IMG/VR virus record: IMGVR_UViG_3300002052_000002
Span: 1 to 64,000 of that record
DNA: 64,000 bases
Reading direction: 5' to 3' (one strand)
Origin: a virus
Shown: positions 34,464-44,619 of the stretch, piece after piece
Position numbering within the stretch: position 1 is the stretch's first letter
Layout: every line of letters begins with the position of its first letter
The notes under the pieces: generated by a model
Seen by the model: only the letters and a program-made list of their open reading frames with translations
Told to the model about the DNA's origin: nothing
Databases searched by the model: none
Program-made: the position numbers and the translations under genes

Positions 34464-34508
34464 AGGTTGGAATTGTCCGTATAAGGGTTTAATTGCTGTA
34501 TCCAACCT
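34464..34508 (-). ncRNA. CAGCAA hairpin element 8, immediately 5' of the hammerhead
   Basis: AGGTTGGA-TACAGCAA-TTAAACCCTTATACGGACAAT-TCCAACCT. Confidence 0.8.
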
Positions 34509-35164
34509 TCATATAGGATTAATCGCCGATAGACACCTTCAACTCCTCTTCTAGTAGCGGCTTCAATTCCGCCCTATCCTGTGCATTGAACCCCTTGATT
34601 TCACGAGCGAATTCGCCAACAGACTGGTTATGGAGTTTACCAAAGAATCGGCTACAAGCAGCAGCAAAACTAATCTTCTCTCCGTCTGCCATTCTTGTCA
34701 CCCCTTTCTTATTTGGATTTAAAAGAACAATATAGATAAGGGATAAGGGAAGGATAGAAGATGGGAAGTAATCAAGACCATTTAGTAGCGGTATCTAAAC
34801 GCCCTTAGAACCGCCCAGAGCTTTTTCAGTTCGAGCTTATTTAGCATGGCTACATCCCATGAGAAGTGAATAGGGTAGCCATTAAGGGTATACATCGAAT
34901 CGACAGGAACCAACTCTTCTATGACCTTTGGCATTGACTCTTTACCTTTCTTTTTTTGCCAATATATGTCATGAAGAATGGAAGATGTACATCGGTATCT
35001 ATTGACCAACTTCTCATCCAACTCAATCGGCATATTGTTGACAACGATTACCATAGCGTATTCCCCTTTCTGCAGTAAAGGGAACTGCGACTTCCCTTTC
35101 CTTCTTCCTTTCCCTTTCCCTTATTCTATTTTCAAAGAGCTGTAAAGTGGTGTCAAATAGGCAT

Positions 35165-35210
35165 AAAAAAAGCCCATATAGACGACCATTATAGTCAATC
35201 CATATGGGCT
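35165..35210 (-). terminator. Intrinsic terminator
   Basis: Minus strand AGCCCATATG...TATATGGGCT-TTTTTT. Confidence 0.75.
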
Positions 35211-35339
35211 TATATATGCTGTTATAAGCAGGAATCTGATTGACAGATTATATCGTTATATCGCTCGGCTTATAAGACGGTCTATATAGGCAACAAAAGG
35301 TCGCTTAGATGATGTAATCTACAAACAACTTGGTGCAGA

Positions 35340-35708
35340 TTACAAATCAAGCAATTCGGCCAGCAAGGTCATGTTCTTCTTCGTGGACTCCTTGACCTTA
35401 TGCTCAACGGTCTTGACGAAAGATAGGCTAAATCCGCCCTTCACAGGCTTGCCGTATATCTTTCCTTCCCGAATGAGTTTCTGGCTTTCATCGATAGGGT
35501 CATAACCCAGCTCTCGAAGAGTGTCATTTAGCGACTTCATCTTCTGGTCGCCAATGACTGGCTTGAAATAGACGGTATGGCAAGAATAGACGACTCTAGG
35601 CTTGCCATCATTCCCTAACTTAGGTGTGCCATCTTCGTTCTTTAGTGGCACTCCCCTTTCAGCGGCTTTGATATAAGCACTGATAACTGCTTCTGCAGTA
35701 GGCTTCAT
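35340..35708 (-). CDS. Hypothetical protein, first clear gene of the left arm
   Basis: ORF with AAGGAG RBS. Confidence 0.7.
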   Translation of the reverse strand: MKPTAEAVISAYIKAAERGVPLKNEDGTPKLGNDGKPRVVYSCHTVYFKPVIGDQKMKSLNDTLRELGYDPIDESQKLIREGKIYGKPVKGGFSLSFVKTVEHKVKESTKKNMTLLAELLDL

Positions 35709-36120
35709 AGTGTTCTCCTTTCCACTCCATCTGGAGTGCGATAATGAGGGTTTAGTAGCACATAGATAGCCTATACAGACCGCCTAACAAGCCGAACGAT
35801 ATGTAGTTTAGAAAGAGCGTCATCGTTGCATCCGTTTGCACCGATGATTCAGTCGGCCTAACCGACTTTCGACCCCAACTTAACACGATTTTGGTTATCC
35901 ACATCGGTCGGATGGGCAAAAACTCCAATGATTTTCGATACTTCCGAATCCAAATCCACAAATTTCGATATTTCAATCGGAGAAGTGCCACCTAACCAAG
36001 GTTGTGATGAACCACATACCCCCCCACCATGCCTAAACAATCCCTTACACCGACTCCGTTTCATATAAAAACCTCGATATATAACATAGAATGCTTATCT
36101 GGACTGGAAAACCCATAAAC

Positions 36121-36171
36121 TTGCCGGAAATTACAACATTTCTTACATAGATAAAGGTATATATCTTATAG
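36121..36171 (+). promoter_or_regulatory. Candidate phage-specific promoter motif, copy 3, facing the right arm
   Basis: TTGCCGGAAATTAC-N21-GGTATATATCTTATAG. Confidence 0.5.
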
Positions 36172-36880
36172 AAGCCAATAACTTGGTTATATATTATTTG
36201 GAAAATGCGCATTGGCGCAATTAATTTGGGCCCCATTGACAATTTGTACCATCCCATCACCTCCTTGAGCGGGAAATCCTCCTTTATGGGGCCCTAAATT
36301 TAAATATGAAGAGTATAAAGGGTATAGTTACTAGAGAAAGATGTCATCTGTGTAATAAGATAAACTCTGTTGGGTTTTGGGTTCCTAATAAGGTATGGAA
36401 GGCTGTTGTACCCAAGAACCTACAAGAATCTGTATTATGCATAGCCTGTTTTACCGACTTTGCGGATGAAAGACTTATAGAATGGGATGAGGAAATAGCA
36501 TTCTTTCCTGTCAGTCTAATCAATCATCTTAGATTTATAGAGGTTATAGATAAATGAAGAACTTAATAAAGAGGATAGGGAGATGGATTATGGATTCCCT
36601 GGAGACTGTAGGGAAGATATATGACAGATATCCTTGGTATCCTTTAGGAGGATTATAATGAAAGAGGATTATAAGGATTATATATTAGAGATTGGGCTTC
36701 CGGAAGGATTTAAACTTCTGGACTGTAATAGTGAGATACTAGGATGGAAAGCTCCTAATGGAGAGGCAGCTAGACTTGGTATTATATCCATAGATACATG
36801 CCCTATTAGAATGTTTGTAAAGGTAGTTGGTTTCGAGGACTTCCGAGCTCCTGTAAGATCCTGGGGAGAGAGACGTATAT

Positions 36881-37318
36881 ATGATACAGATAAGGCAGAT
36901 CAATCCTAAAGAGTTTGCTGAGGTCTTCCAGGCTGAGAATAAATGGAAGGAACATACTCAGAAGAGATTCCGTAAGGATACCATAGAGATGGTAGCCACA
37001 GGGGAAGGTATAGATTGGATGGCCGTAGCCGAAGAGGACGGTCAGATGGTTGGAATTACCTTCACCATAGAGCGCCAGGGAACTCATTGGGGCTGTACAA
37101 TAGTTAAGAAGGAATATAGGAAGTCAGGTATAGGTAGGAAGTTATTATCCTATAGAAAGAAACATTGCCCTTATAGGGTGGTATCCAAGGTCGGATGTAC
37201 CAATCTGGCCTCCATAAAAGTCTGCTTGCAGGCTGGGATGGAGCTTAAGGATGCTAAGTTAGCGGATCTAAAGGAAGAATTTCCCGATCCGGATCCGATA
37301 TTATTATTAATGGAATAG
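36881..37318 (+). CDS. GNAT acetyltransferase
   Basis: IVKKEYRKSGIGRKLL; NLASIKV...AG. Confidence 0.85.
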   Translation: MIQIRQINPKEFAEVFQAENKWKEHTQKRFRKDTIEMVATGEGIDWMAVAEEDGQMVGITFTIERQGTHWGCTIVKKEYRKSGIGRKLLSYRKKHCPYRVVSKVGCTNLASIKVCLQAGMELKDAKLADLKEEFPDPDPILLLME

Positions 37319-38922
37319 GAGGATACAATGATTAAAGTAACTTGGAAAAGTGGCGAGGAGAATGTATTCCATGGGAATGGAATGAGAGTAGTTGGGGATT
37401 ATATTGAGATCTATGAAGGGGCATTGGATTCCTGCTGCCCCATAGCTATTCTAGCAGGAGTGATGGTTCAGAAAGTGATGTATATATTCGACGTAGAGGA
37501 GGAAGAATAATGGACGAAAGGCCTAAAGAAAGTATATATTCCAGTAGCCTGGATATAGAACATCAGCTTATAAATCTTGTTCTACAGGATGTGAGTGGAA
37601 CAGTAGAGCCCTCTAAGTTTGGAGATTGTCATAATTATAGGCTACTTATGACTAGACAGGGAGCTGTTGATATGGCTGCTCATCTCATGTGTACTATATT
37701 CGCACTTGATTGTAGTATAGACCATGAGAGCCCCTCCACCGTTTTAGAGGATGTACAGGACGCAGTGCATAGAATCTTGGAGAAATGGAGAGAGGAAAAT
37801 AAGGAGGTAGAAGAGGATGGAACTGAAAGTGAGCCAACTTGTGAAGTATGTGGGGACAGATTACCCAAGCTTGACGGGGAAGTTAGCGAGAGTGGAGAGG
37901 CTGGATTACAACAGCCGACCAGTGATTCGCTTCCCGTTTCCTGATTATGTATCGGCTACGGTTAAAGAATCTGATATAGAGGTGCTAAGTGAGTAGTCTA
38001 AAAGGCTTCCTCATATCCATACTGCTCTTTGTGGCAGTGGCGTTGATTATGATCTGTAGAGTGGTATTTTCCCCTCTACTGATCTCATGGGAATGGCTAT
38101 GGGATAGTCATGATAGAATATGGCCAGAAGTAGCTATGGATTATTTTAAAGACTTAGTCGGGAGGAATAATGACTGATAAGTGTGTGCATTGTGGCAAGG
38201 CACTAGAGAACGTCTTTGCTATATATATGTATAATAAGAAGCTTTATTGCTCTAAAGAATGTAAGGATATAGTACGATTTGAGGAGATAGCCAAAGATGC
38301 AAGTGAAGTATAAGGGTATATTATTAGATTTAGAATATCACCTAGGGAATAAAATTAACCTTACAGGAGATATGGGGCGAGTCGTAGACGAGCAGAAGGC
38401 TGGGATGTTAATGACCTACGTAGTCAACACATATCTTACTGGCGTATTAACGCACTCTAAGGTAGAGAAATTATTGACAAAATTATTGAAAAAAAGGATG
38501 AAACAAGCTATTAAGTTTGTGTATAAGGAACTCCAGTCAGGAGCGTACGATGCTACAAAGGAGGAAAAGAAGGATGGAGATGGAGAGGCTAGACCAGAGC
38601 CCGACAAAGGAACAGATGAAGCCCAAAGTGGGCAGATGTGAATATTGTAAAAAAGATAAGGAATTAGCTGGAACCGTTGGTGGATTACCTATTTGCTATA
38701 GTTGTCGAAACGAGCTGAGGGAGATCTATGGACACGGAGTCTAAGAAAAATTTAAGAGCGTATAGAAATGAGGATGATCATTGCTGGTGGTGTGGTAAAA
38801 TGGTTATTACTGCTGCTGGTGGAGACCCTGAACATTCGACTTTCTGCTCTCGTGACTGTGAAGATAGATGGAAAAGAGCTATTGGAGAGATAGAAGATAG
38901 GTTTAAAGAATGGGAGGACTAA

Positions 38923-39228
38923 ATGGGAGAGTGTAAAAAATGTGGTGAGTGCTGTAAATGGGTTTATATTTCCTCTCTAAAAACTCCTGAGATAGATGAT
39001 GAATGGTGCAAAGGCAGAGGAATCATCTATGATATAAAAGGAGCCTATATTATATTTAAGATACCCTTAAAATGTAAATATCTTACAGAGGATAACCTAT
39101 GTAGCATACATGATCATAAGCCTGACGTATGTAATAGCTTCCCAGAAAAAACACATAGGTTTTTAATCCCAGAGGAGTGTAGGTATTATGACGCCCCAAT
39201 ACCAGAAGTACCAGAAACGGCTGATTAA
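38923..39228 (+). CDS. YkgJ-like Cys-cluster (Fe-S/Zn) protein
   Basis: CKKCGECC...CKYL..DNLCSIHD.KP.VC..FP. Confidence 0.85.
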   Translation: MGECKKCGECCKWVYISSLKTPEIDDEWCKGRGIIYDIKGAYIIFKIPLKCKYLTEDNLCSIHDHKPDVCNSFPEKTHRFLIPEECRYYDAPIPEVPETAD

Positions 39229-39982
39229 GATATGCGGAGAACGTGGCTACTGGATGAAGGTCTTGGGATTCGTAGGCGATAAGCCTATATGGTTTGTTAG
39301 TATAGATGGTCCTATAGACCAATCAGAAATGTCCCCTTCAAGCCAAGTACCTAAGATACTAGTTGTGGCAGGATTTCATGGGGAGGAAAAAGCGGGTCCT
39401 TGGGCCATCCTGGAATGGCTAGCAACTTATGAAGTAGAGGACGCCACCTATATCTCTGTAATACCAGTTGTTAATCCAACGGCATTTAATCTAGGTAAGC
39501 GTTATAATACATGGGGAGAACGAAGCAATGCAGGATTTAGAGGAAGGGACGGTCTTTCAGAAGAAGGCAAGATTCTTATGGCTAATAAGGACCTTATATT
39601 GGACTGCGCTCATAATGGCATGCTATCTCTCCACGAAGATATAACATGTCCAGATTATTATGCATATACATTTGAAAAGTCTAAAGAGCCAGGTAAATTT
39701 ACTTGTGGGCTCCTAGATGAATTATCTAAGCATTTTGAGAAACCAGCGAATAACGAAACAATTTATACAGATGCAGAGAATCCTGGCCCTTATATAGTGA
39801 ATGGCTTAGTATATAAACATAAAGATGGATCATTTGAGGACTGGCTTTTCCACGAGGGAGTAGCCAGAACGGCAGTAACGGAAACGCCGGGCAAGAGAAT
39901 TCAGTTACAACGGCGGATTAAGGCCAATGTAGATATTATTAATAGATTCATAGAGTTGTGTACGGAGACCTGTAATGAATAG
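39188..39982 (+). CDS. M14-family Zn carboxypeptidase / succinylglutamate desuccinylase-like
   Basis: AGFHGEE.AG, PVVNP.AF....R.N, LSLHED, TETP. Confidence 0.85.
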   Translation: MTPQYQKYQKRLIKICGERGYWMKVLGFVGDKPIWFVSIDGPIDQSEMSPSSQVPKILVVAGFHGEEKAGPWAILEWLATYEVEDATYISVIPVVNPTAFNLGKRYNTWGERSNAGFRGRDGLSEEGKILMANKDLILDCAHNGMLSLHEDITCPDYYAYTFEKSKEPGKFTCGLLDELSKHFEKPANNETIYTDAENPGPYIVNGLVYKHKDGSFEDWLFHEGVARTAVTETPGKRIQLQRRIKANVDIINRFIELCTETCNE

Positions 39983-40713
39983 GATACAAATTGATGCGAG
40001 ATTGTCTAATAAAAAGACTTTTGTTCCCAGAAACTGTGAGGTTTGCCCAATGTTGGCATGTGGCATGGTAGATTGGTGTAACTATTATAATAAGCGCATA
40101 GATGTACCAGATTCTAAGCCAGATTTTTGTGAAGTGAAATCTATTATAGTGGAGGAATAATATGTCAGAGGAGATGGCACAGAAAAAGAAAGAAGAAGAG
40201 GAAGCTATAGAAGCGGCTAAGGAAGAGTGGAAAGAATCCATGAAGCATGATATATGCCCAAGCTGCGGTACTAAAACTATAAATTTTCCTGATAAGTGGA
40301 CCAAGTTAACGAATTGCCAAGGGTTTTTAATGCTTGGTGCTTTAGTTTGCCCTAATTGTGGTATACTATTTGTTCCTCTTTCAATTAGAAAGATGATGAT
40401 AGAGGATATTAGAAAGACCATAGAATCTCCTAGTCGTATAGTATTAGCAGGATAATATATGAGAGATAATCATAGAGAAACAGTAATTCTACCATCAGAC
40501 TTTGAGGAATGGGAATCCGCTCGGAATGGTGAAAGTTATACAAAAAGAAGAAGTGGCTATATTAAAATCTATACCCCAGAAGAGGTTATAGAATTTGCCA
40601 AAATTCATCCAGAAACAGTCCTTTCATTTGGTGCGTGGAAGGCTGAGCGGGATCGTAAAAATCTAGTAGATTCAGCTAGTTGTATCTTGCCGTGGAATCG
40701 GAGTTGATGTCAT

Positions 40714-41040
40714 GTGAGCGAAACATGCGAGCTTTGTACAAGTTGTCCACATAGGGATTATTGCAGTTCTCTATGTCCAGAAGCAGAACTATATGTAAAG
40801 CAAGATGAAGCCCCCCAGAATGAGCTTACCATAGGCGTTCCCACATATGGCAGATGGCCTGATTCAAAAGAGAAAGCCCTATTTACTAAACGAGAGAAAG
40901 AAGTTCTCTCACGCCTAATCGACGGGAAATCAAGAGAAGAAATTGTACAAGAGCTTGATATCACTCTAGAAAATCTACGAGATATTATTAGAAGAATACG
41001 CAGAAAGCGTGAGAAAATTATACCCAAGATAGATGGGTGA
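40714..41040 (+). CDS. Cys4 domain plus LuxR/sigma-region-4 HTH; candidate late transcription regulator
   Basis: CTSCPHRDYCSSLC and FTKREKEVL..LIDGKSREEI..EL.I. Confidence 0.7.
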   Translation: MSETCELCTSCPHRDYCSSLCPEAELYVKQDEAPQNELTIGVPTYGRWPDSKEKALFTKREKEVLSRLIDGKSREEIVQELDITLENLRDIIRRIRRKREKIIPKIDG

Positions 41041-41416
41041 CTATGCGCCCACATAGAACTCCTTGGGCCTAGCACAGACTAATATAGAGCCGGAAGCGGT
41101 GGGATAACGTATATATGGGGACCCTGCCTTATATATTATGGCTACAACAGTTATCGTTATATATGGTTGCAGAGGAACAACGAATATTCTTCCAGCACGT
41201 CTGGAGAAAGATATAAAACCACGTCCAAAGAAAGGCGGGAGGAAGTAATTATGCCGTATAGGATTGAGAAGCAAGGCGGGAGATACGCCATCATTAATAA
41301 AGAAACAGGCAAAGTTGTTGGACATTCCGATTCTCTAGAGAAAGCCAAAGCTTCCGTAAGAGCCAGGTTGGCTGGAGAGCATGGATGGAAGCCAACTGGT
41401 AAGAAAAGGAGTTAAT

Positions 41417-41644
41417 ATGGCAGAGAGATTGGAAAATCTAACTCCAGAGGAAGAGAAGCATGTTGAAAGAGTTATGAATCTCTTTAATAGGAGACGGCTC
41501 CGTTCCTCCGATGGAGAAACTGTTACGGATAGAAGTAAAGCCCTAGCTATCGCTTATTCAGAAGTTAGAGCTAAAAGAGCCCACGGTGGGTTCGAAGAAA
41601 GAACATGGAAAGGACGCAAAAGACTGCGCCCCAAGAAAGCTTAA
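41417..41644 (+). CDS. DUF6496-like small basic protein
   Basis: VERVM..F....LRSS.GETVTDR.KALAIAYSE. Confidence 0.55.
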   Translation: MAERLENLTPEEEKHVERVMNLFNRRRLRSSDGETVTDRSKALAIAYSEVRAKRAHGGFEERTWKGRKRLRPKKA

Positions 41645-42075
41645 GGAGTGATGTATTAATGTCAGATCAAGCTGCATTTGGACCCAGTGGTGGGGAATCT
41701 GATGTGAAAGTGCCTGAGAATAAGGCCCCTGGTTGCAAAACTAAGAGCTCAATGGATGTTGTAATGGTTCCTGATAATCCGAAAGAACCAACTCAAGGTA
41801 GGCCAAGCGAAGGTATCGATTTACAGAAACAATCTGAGGATTTCACTGACCCTCTTTGTTTAGGGTAAAGTGATATAGTGTTATGGATATAACAACTAAG
41901 AAGGCCAATAGACCAAAGTCTGAAAAATTAGATCCGTCTACCCTTATGGACTCTGGCAGGATAGCACATCCTCCTAGGTTAAAACGACCCGATGATGCTC
42001 CTCTTAGAGAAACTTTAGGTAGAGAAGTGTTTATTAAAGGGACACCTCCTAAGGTGTTAGAGGTTGTGATCAAGT

Positions 42076-42600
42076 CTGAGTGATACCGCTATTGATGTTG
42101 AAGTTATAGAAGATATCGAAGACGATGGAGAAGAAAGTTCTCCTCGTGCACCTTATTTAAAAACATTAAGTCCAGAAGAAGCAAAATTCGTACAGCTAGT
42201 TGGAGCTGAAGGATATACTCTTGCGGATGCATATAGAGAAGTATATCCTGAGCGTGCATCTTCAAAATGGTTGGGAAGGTACGCTTCCAAATTAGCAAAA
42301 TCACCTAGAATTAGAGAACAGATAGAGCTCCTGCAGCAAGCTGTACGGGCTCATTTTGTTATTATGGCCCCAAAGGCCGCGGATCGTATAGAAGAGTTGG
42401 CAGAAACTGCCAAAAGTGAAAAGGTTAAACTCGCTGCTAATCAGGAGATCCTGAGGCAGGGTGGAATAACTCCACCTCAAAGAGTAGAAAGCATACATAT
42501 AGGTATTTTTGGAAATGCATCTGCTGAGGATATGCGAAATGTGGTAAGAGCTAAGATCGCAGAGGCAAAATATGATGAAACTGGGAGGTTGATTGACTAA
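42076..42600 (+). CDS. terS: Terminase small subunit, probable CTG start
   Basis: Frame is open from 42070; LSPEEAKFVQLV..GYTLADAYREVY...ASKLAKSPRIREQIE is TerS-HTH-like. Confidence 0.7.
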   Translation: MSDTAIDVEVIEDIEDDGEESSPRAPYLKTLSPEEAKFVQLVGAEGYTLADAYREVYPERASSKWLGRYASKLAKSPRIREQIELLQQAVRAHFVIMAPKAADRIEELAETAKSEKVKLAANQEILRQGGITPPQRVESIHIGIFGNASAEDMRNVVRAKIAEAKYDETGRLID

Positions 42601-42977
42601 TGCCAAGTTACGGGCGAAAAAAGCACTCTTTTAGTTTTGCAGCAACTGGAACTTCGTACGTAGATTGGGATATTGATTTTGTGAATTGGTTGTTCCATTC
42701 CTGGGTCGTGCAGGTACCCACATTTTCAGGGGATACTACTTCTAATTCTGGTTGTTCTGGAATCAATATATCAATTATAGATGAAGACGGATATGTGCTG
42801 TATACAAGTACCGAGTATCCTTCAGCAGGAACAGTAGTAGTGACTGGTATGGATTCGCTTATGGGCGCTGGAAGAGAGATTACTATCCGTGCACAACTAG
42901 CCGGAGGATCAACGATAGTTGAAGTTCCACATCCTGAAGCAAATGCTGATGTCATATTAGTACTTTATATCTGGTAA
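42600..42977 (+). CDS. Putative virion beta-rich protein
   Basis: Composition and position. Confidence 0.5.
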   Translation: MPSYGRKKHSFSFAATGTSYVDWDIDFVNWLFHSWVVQVPTFSGDTTSNSGCSGINISIIDEDGYVLYTSTEYPSAGTVVVTGMDSLMGAGREITIRAQLAGGSTIVEVPHPEANADVILVLYIW

Positions 42978-42983
42978 AAGATT

Positions 42984-43727
42984 ATGGGCATGCGAACGTA
43001 TTATGATGAAGATGAAGTAGCACACAAGGTCTCCATCATACGGAGGCATCGTAGTGGTGTAAGCTTCATACCAACAAATATTAGTGGATGTATACTTTGG
43101 CTTCGTTCTGACCTTGGTATAACAATGGATGGTTCTAATCGTGTTAGTAAATGGGCAGACCAGAGTGGAATTGGAAATGATTTCTCTCAGTCTATAGATG
43201 CCAATAAGTTTGTCTGGACTGACAGTGAGTTAAATGGGTATCCAGGACTTATAGCAGATGGTTCAAGTGATGAGATGCATTGCGTAGGATTTACGTATAT
43301 GCAGCCGATTGATTTTTACATGGTTGTAAAACAGATATCTTGGACTTCAACCGATAGGATTATGGGAGATACGGCGGCCCATGGCTATGCTTTTAATATA
43401 GCACAATTGCTGGTCGGGTCTCCTGATATTGCCATTTACTCTGGTACGGATTGGGTTTGCGTTAATAGTGATTTAACGGTTGGAAGCTATAAATTACTCC
43501 AGGCAACATTTAACGGGGCTTCATCTCTAACCAGGGTGAACGGAGGTTCACCTGTAACTGGAAATCCTGGGGTTGTGGGTTCAACAGACCTTTGGCTTGC
43601 AAGTATTGATGGGGCAAATCATGGAAATATTAGTTTTGTAGAGATCGTTGCGTACAACTCAGCCATTGGTGACAGTGACCGAATAAATTTACAAAATTAT
43701 TTCAACGGAAAATACATAATTTATTAA
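42984..43727 (+). CDS. LamG/ConA-like beta-sandwich virion protein (paralog 1)
   Basis: CILWLRSDLGIT...VSKWADQSG...EIVAYNSA...YFNGKY. Confidence 0.7.
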   Translation: MGMRTYYDEDEVAHKVSIIRRHRSGVSFIPTNISGCILWLRSDLGITMDGSNRVSKWADQSGIGNDFSQSIDANKFVWTDSELNGYPGLIADGSSDEMHCVGFTYMQPIDFYMVVKQISWTSTDRIMGDTAAHGYAFNIAQLLVGSPDIAIYSGTDWVCVNSDLTVGSYKLLQATFNGASSLTRVNGGSPVTGNPGVVGSTDLWLASIDGANHGNISFVEIVAYNSAIGDSDRINLQNYFNGKYIIY

Positions 43728-43751
43728 AAGTAGGAGATATGCAATATACTA

Positions 43752-44474
43752 ATGAGACTCCCACGAAGTAAGATTGAATCACCGTATATAGCTAAAGCAG
43801 TAAAAAGATACCGTCCTGGTGGCTTTATGCCCACGCAATTTGATGGATGTATCCTTTGGCTGCGTGCTGATTTGGGGATAACAATTGATGTAGGAGTATC
43901 AGAATGGAAAAATCAAGCAGCAGATAATCTTCATCCTGTTCAAGCAAATACAGATTATCAACCAACTGTACATAATAATGCGATTAATGGGCATGCTGCT
44001 ATCCAATTTGATGGCACTGATGATTATCTTCAATGTACTGATACATTAGCACAGCCGTATATTTATTATATAGTATTAAACCATATAACTTATGAATTTT
44101 CAGATTATATATATGCGGGAGCAGGATTATCTAATGCAGGTAATATAATTACCTGGACAAATTACTATTTACATTCAGGATCCTCCGTTGATACTGGTAT
44201 AAATGCATCTAGTAAATCTGGTGTATGGGTTATACTTTCTGTGTTATATAATGGAGCAAATTCTAAATTTCGATTAAATAATGGAGAATGGGTAACGAGT
44301 CTTGATCCTGGAACAGATGCTGGTGGAGGAGTTACTCTTGGTGGGTATCCTCCTGCTAGTAACTGGGCTAATGTAGAATATGCAGAAGCCATTACTTATC
44401 TTGAAGATAAAACTATATTAGGAGAAGATTCTATAATTTTAAATTATCTTAATTCAAGATACGCAATATATTAA
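43752..44474 (+). CDS. LamG/ConA-like beta-sandwich virion protein (paralog 2)
   Basis: CILWLRADLGIT..VSEWKNQ...FDGTDDYL...YLNSRY. Confidence 0.7.
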   Translation: MRLPRSKIESPYIAKAVKRYRPGGFMPTQFDGCILWLRADLGITIDVGVSEWKNQAADNLHPVQANTDYQPTVHNNAINGHAAIQFDGTDDYLQCTDTLAQPYIYYIVLNHITYEFSDYIYAGAGLSNAGNIITWTNYYLHSGSSVDTGINASSKSGVWVILSVLYNGANSKFRLNNGEWVTSLDPGTDAGGGVTLGGYPPASNWANVEYAEAITYLEDKTILGEDSIILNYLNSRYAIY

Positions 44475-44619
44475 AAAGGAGTGATATTAATGATAACAGC
44501 ATTTTTGATTGGTGTAGGAATTGGTATTGGTGCAGGAGCATTTGGGCTCTATTTAGCGATTAAGAGAAGGATTATATCTGTTAAGATAGATGAGCCTTCA
44601 AATTAAGGAGTGAAAGTTA

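Noticed and set aside
36256-36266. ATCACCTCCTT, matching the 16S rRNA 3' end
   Set aside because: Simply the reverse complement of a strong Shine-Dalgarno sequence; no rRNA present.
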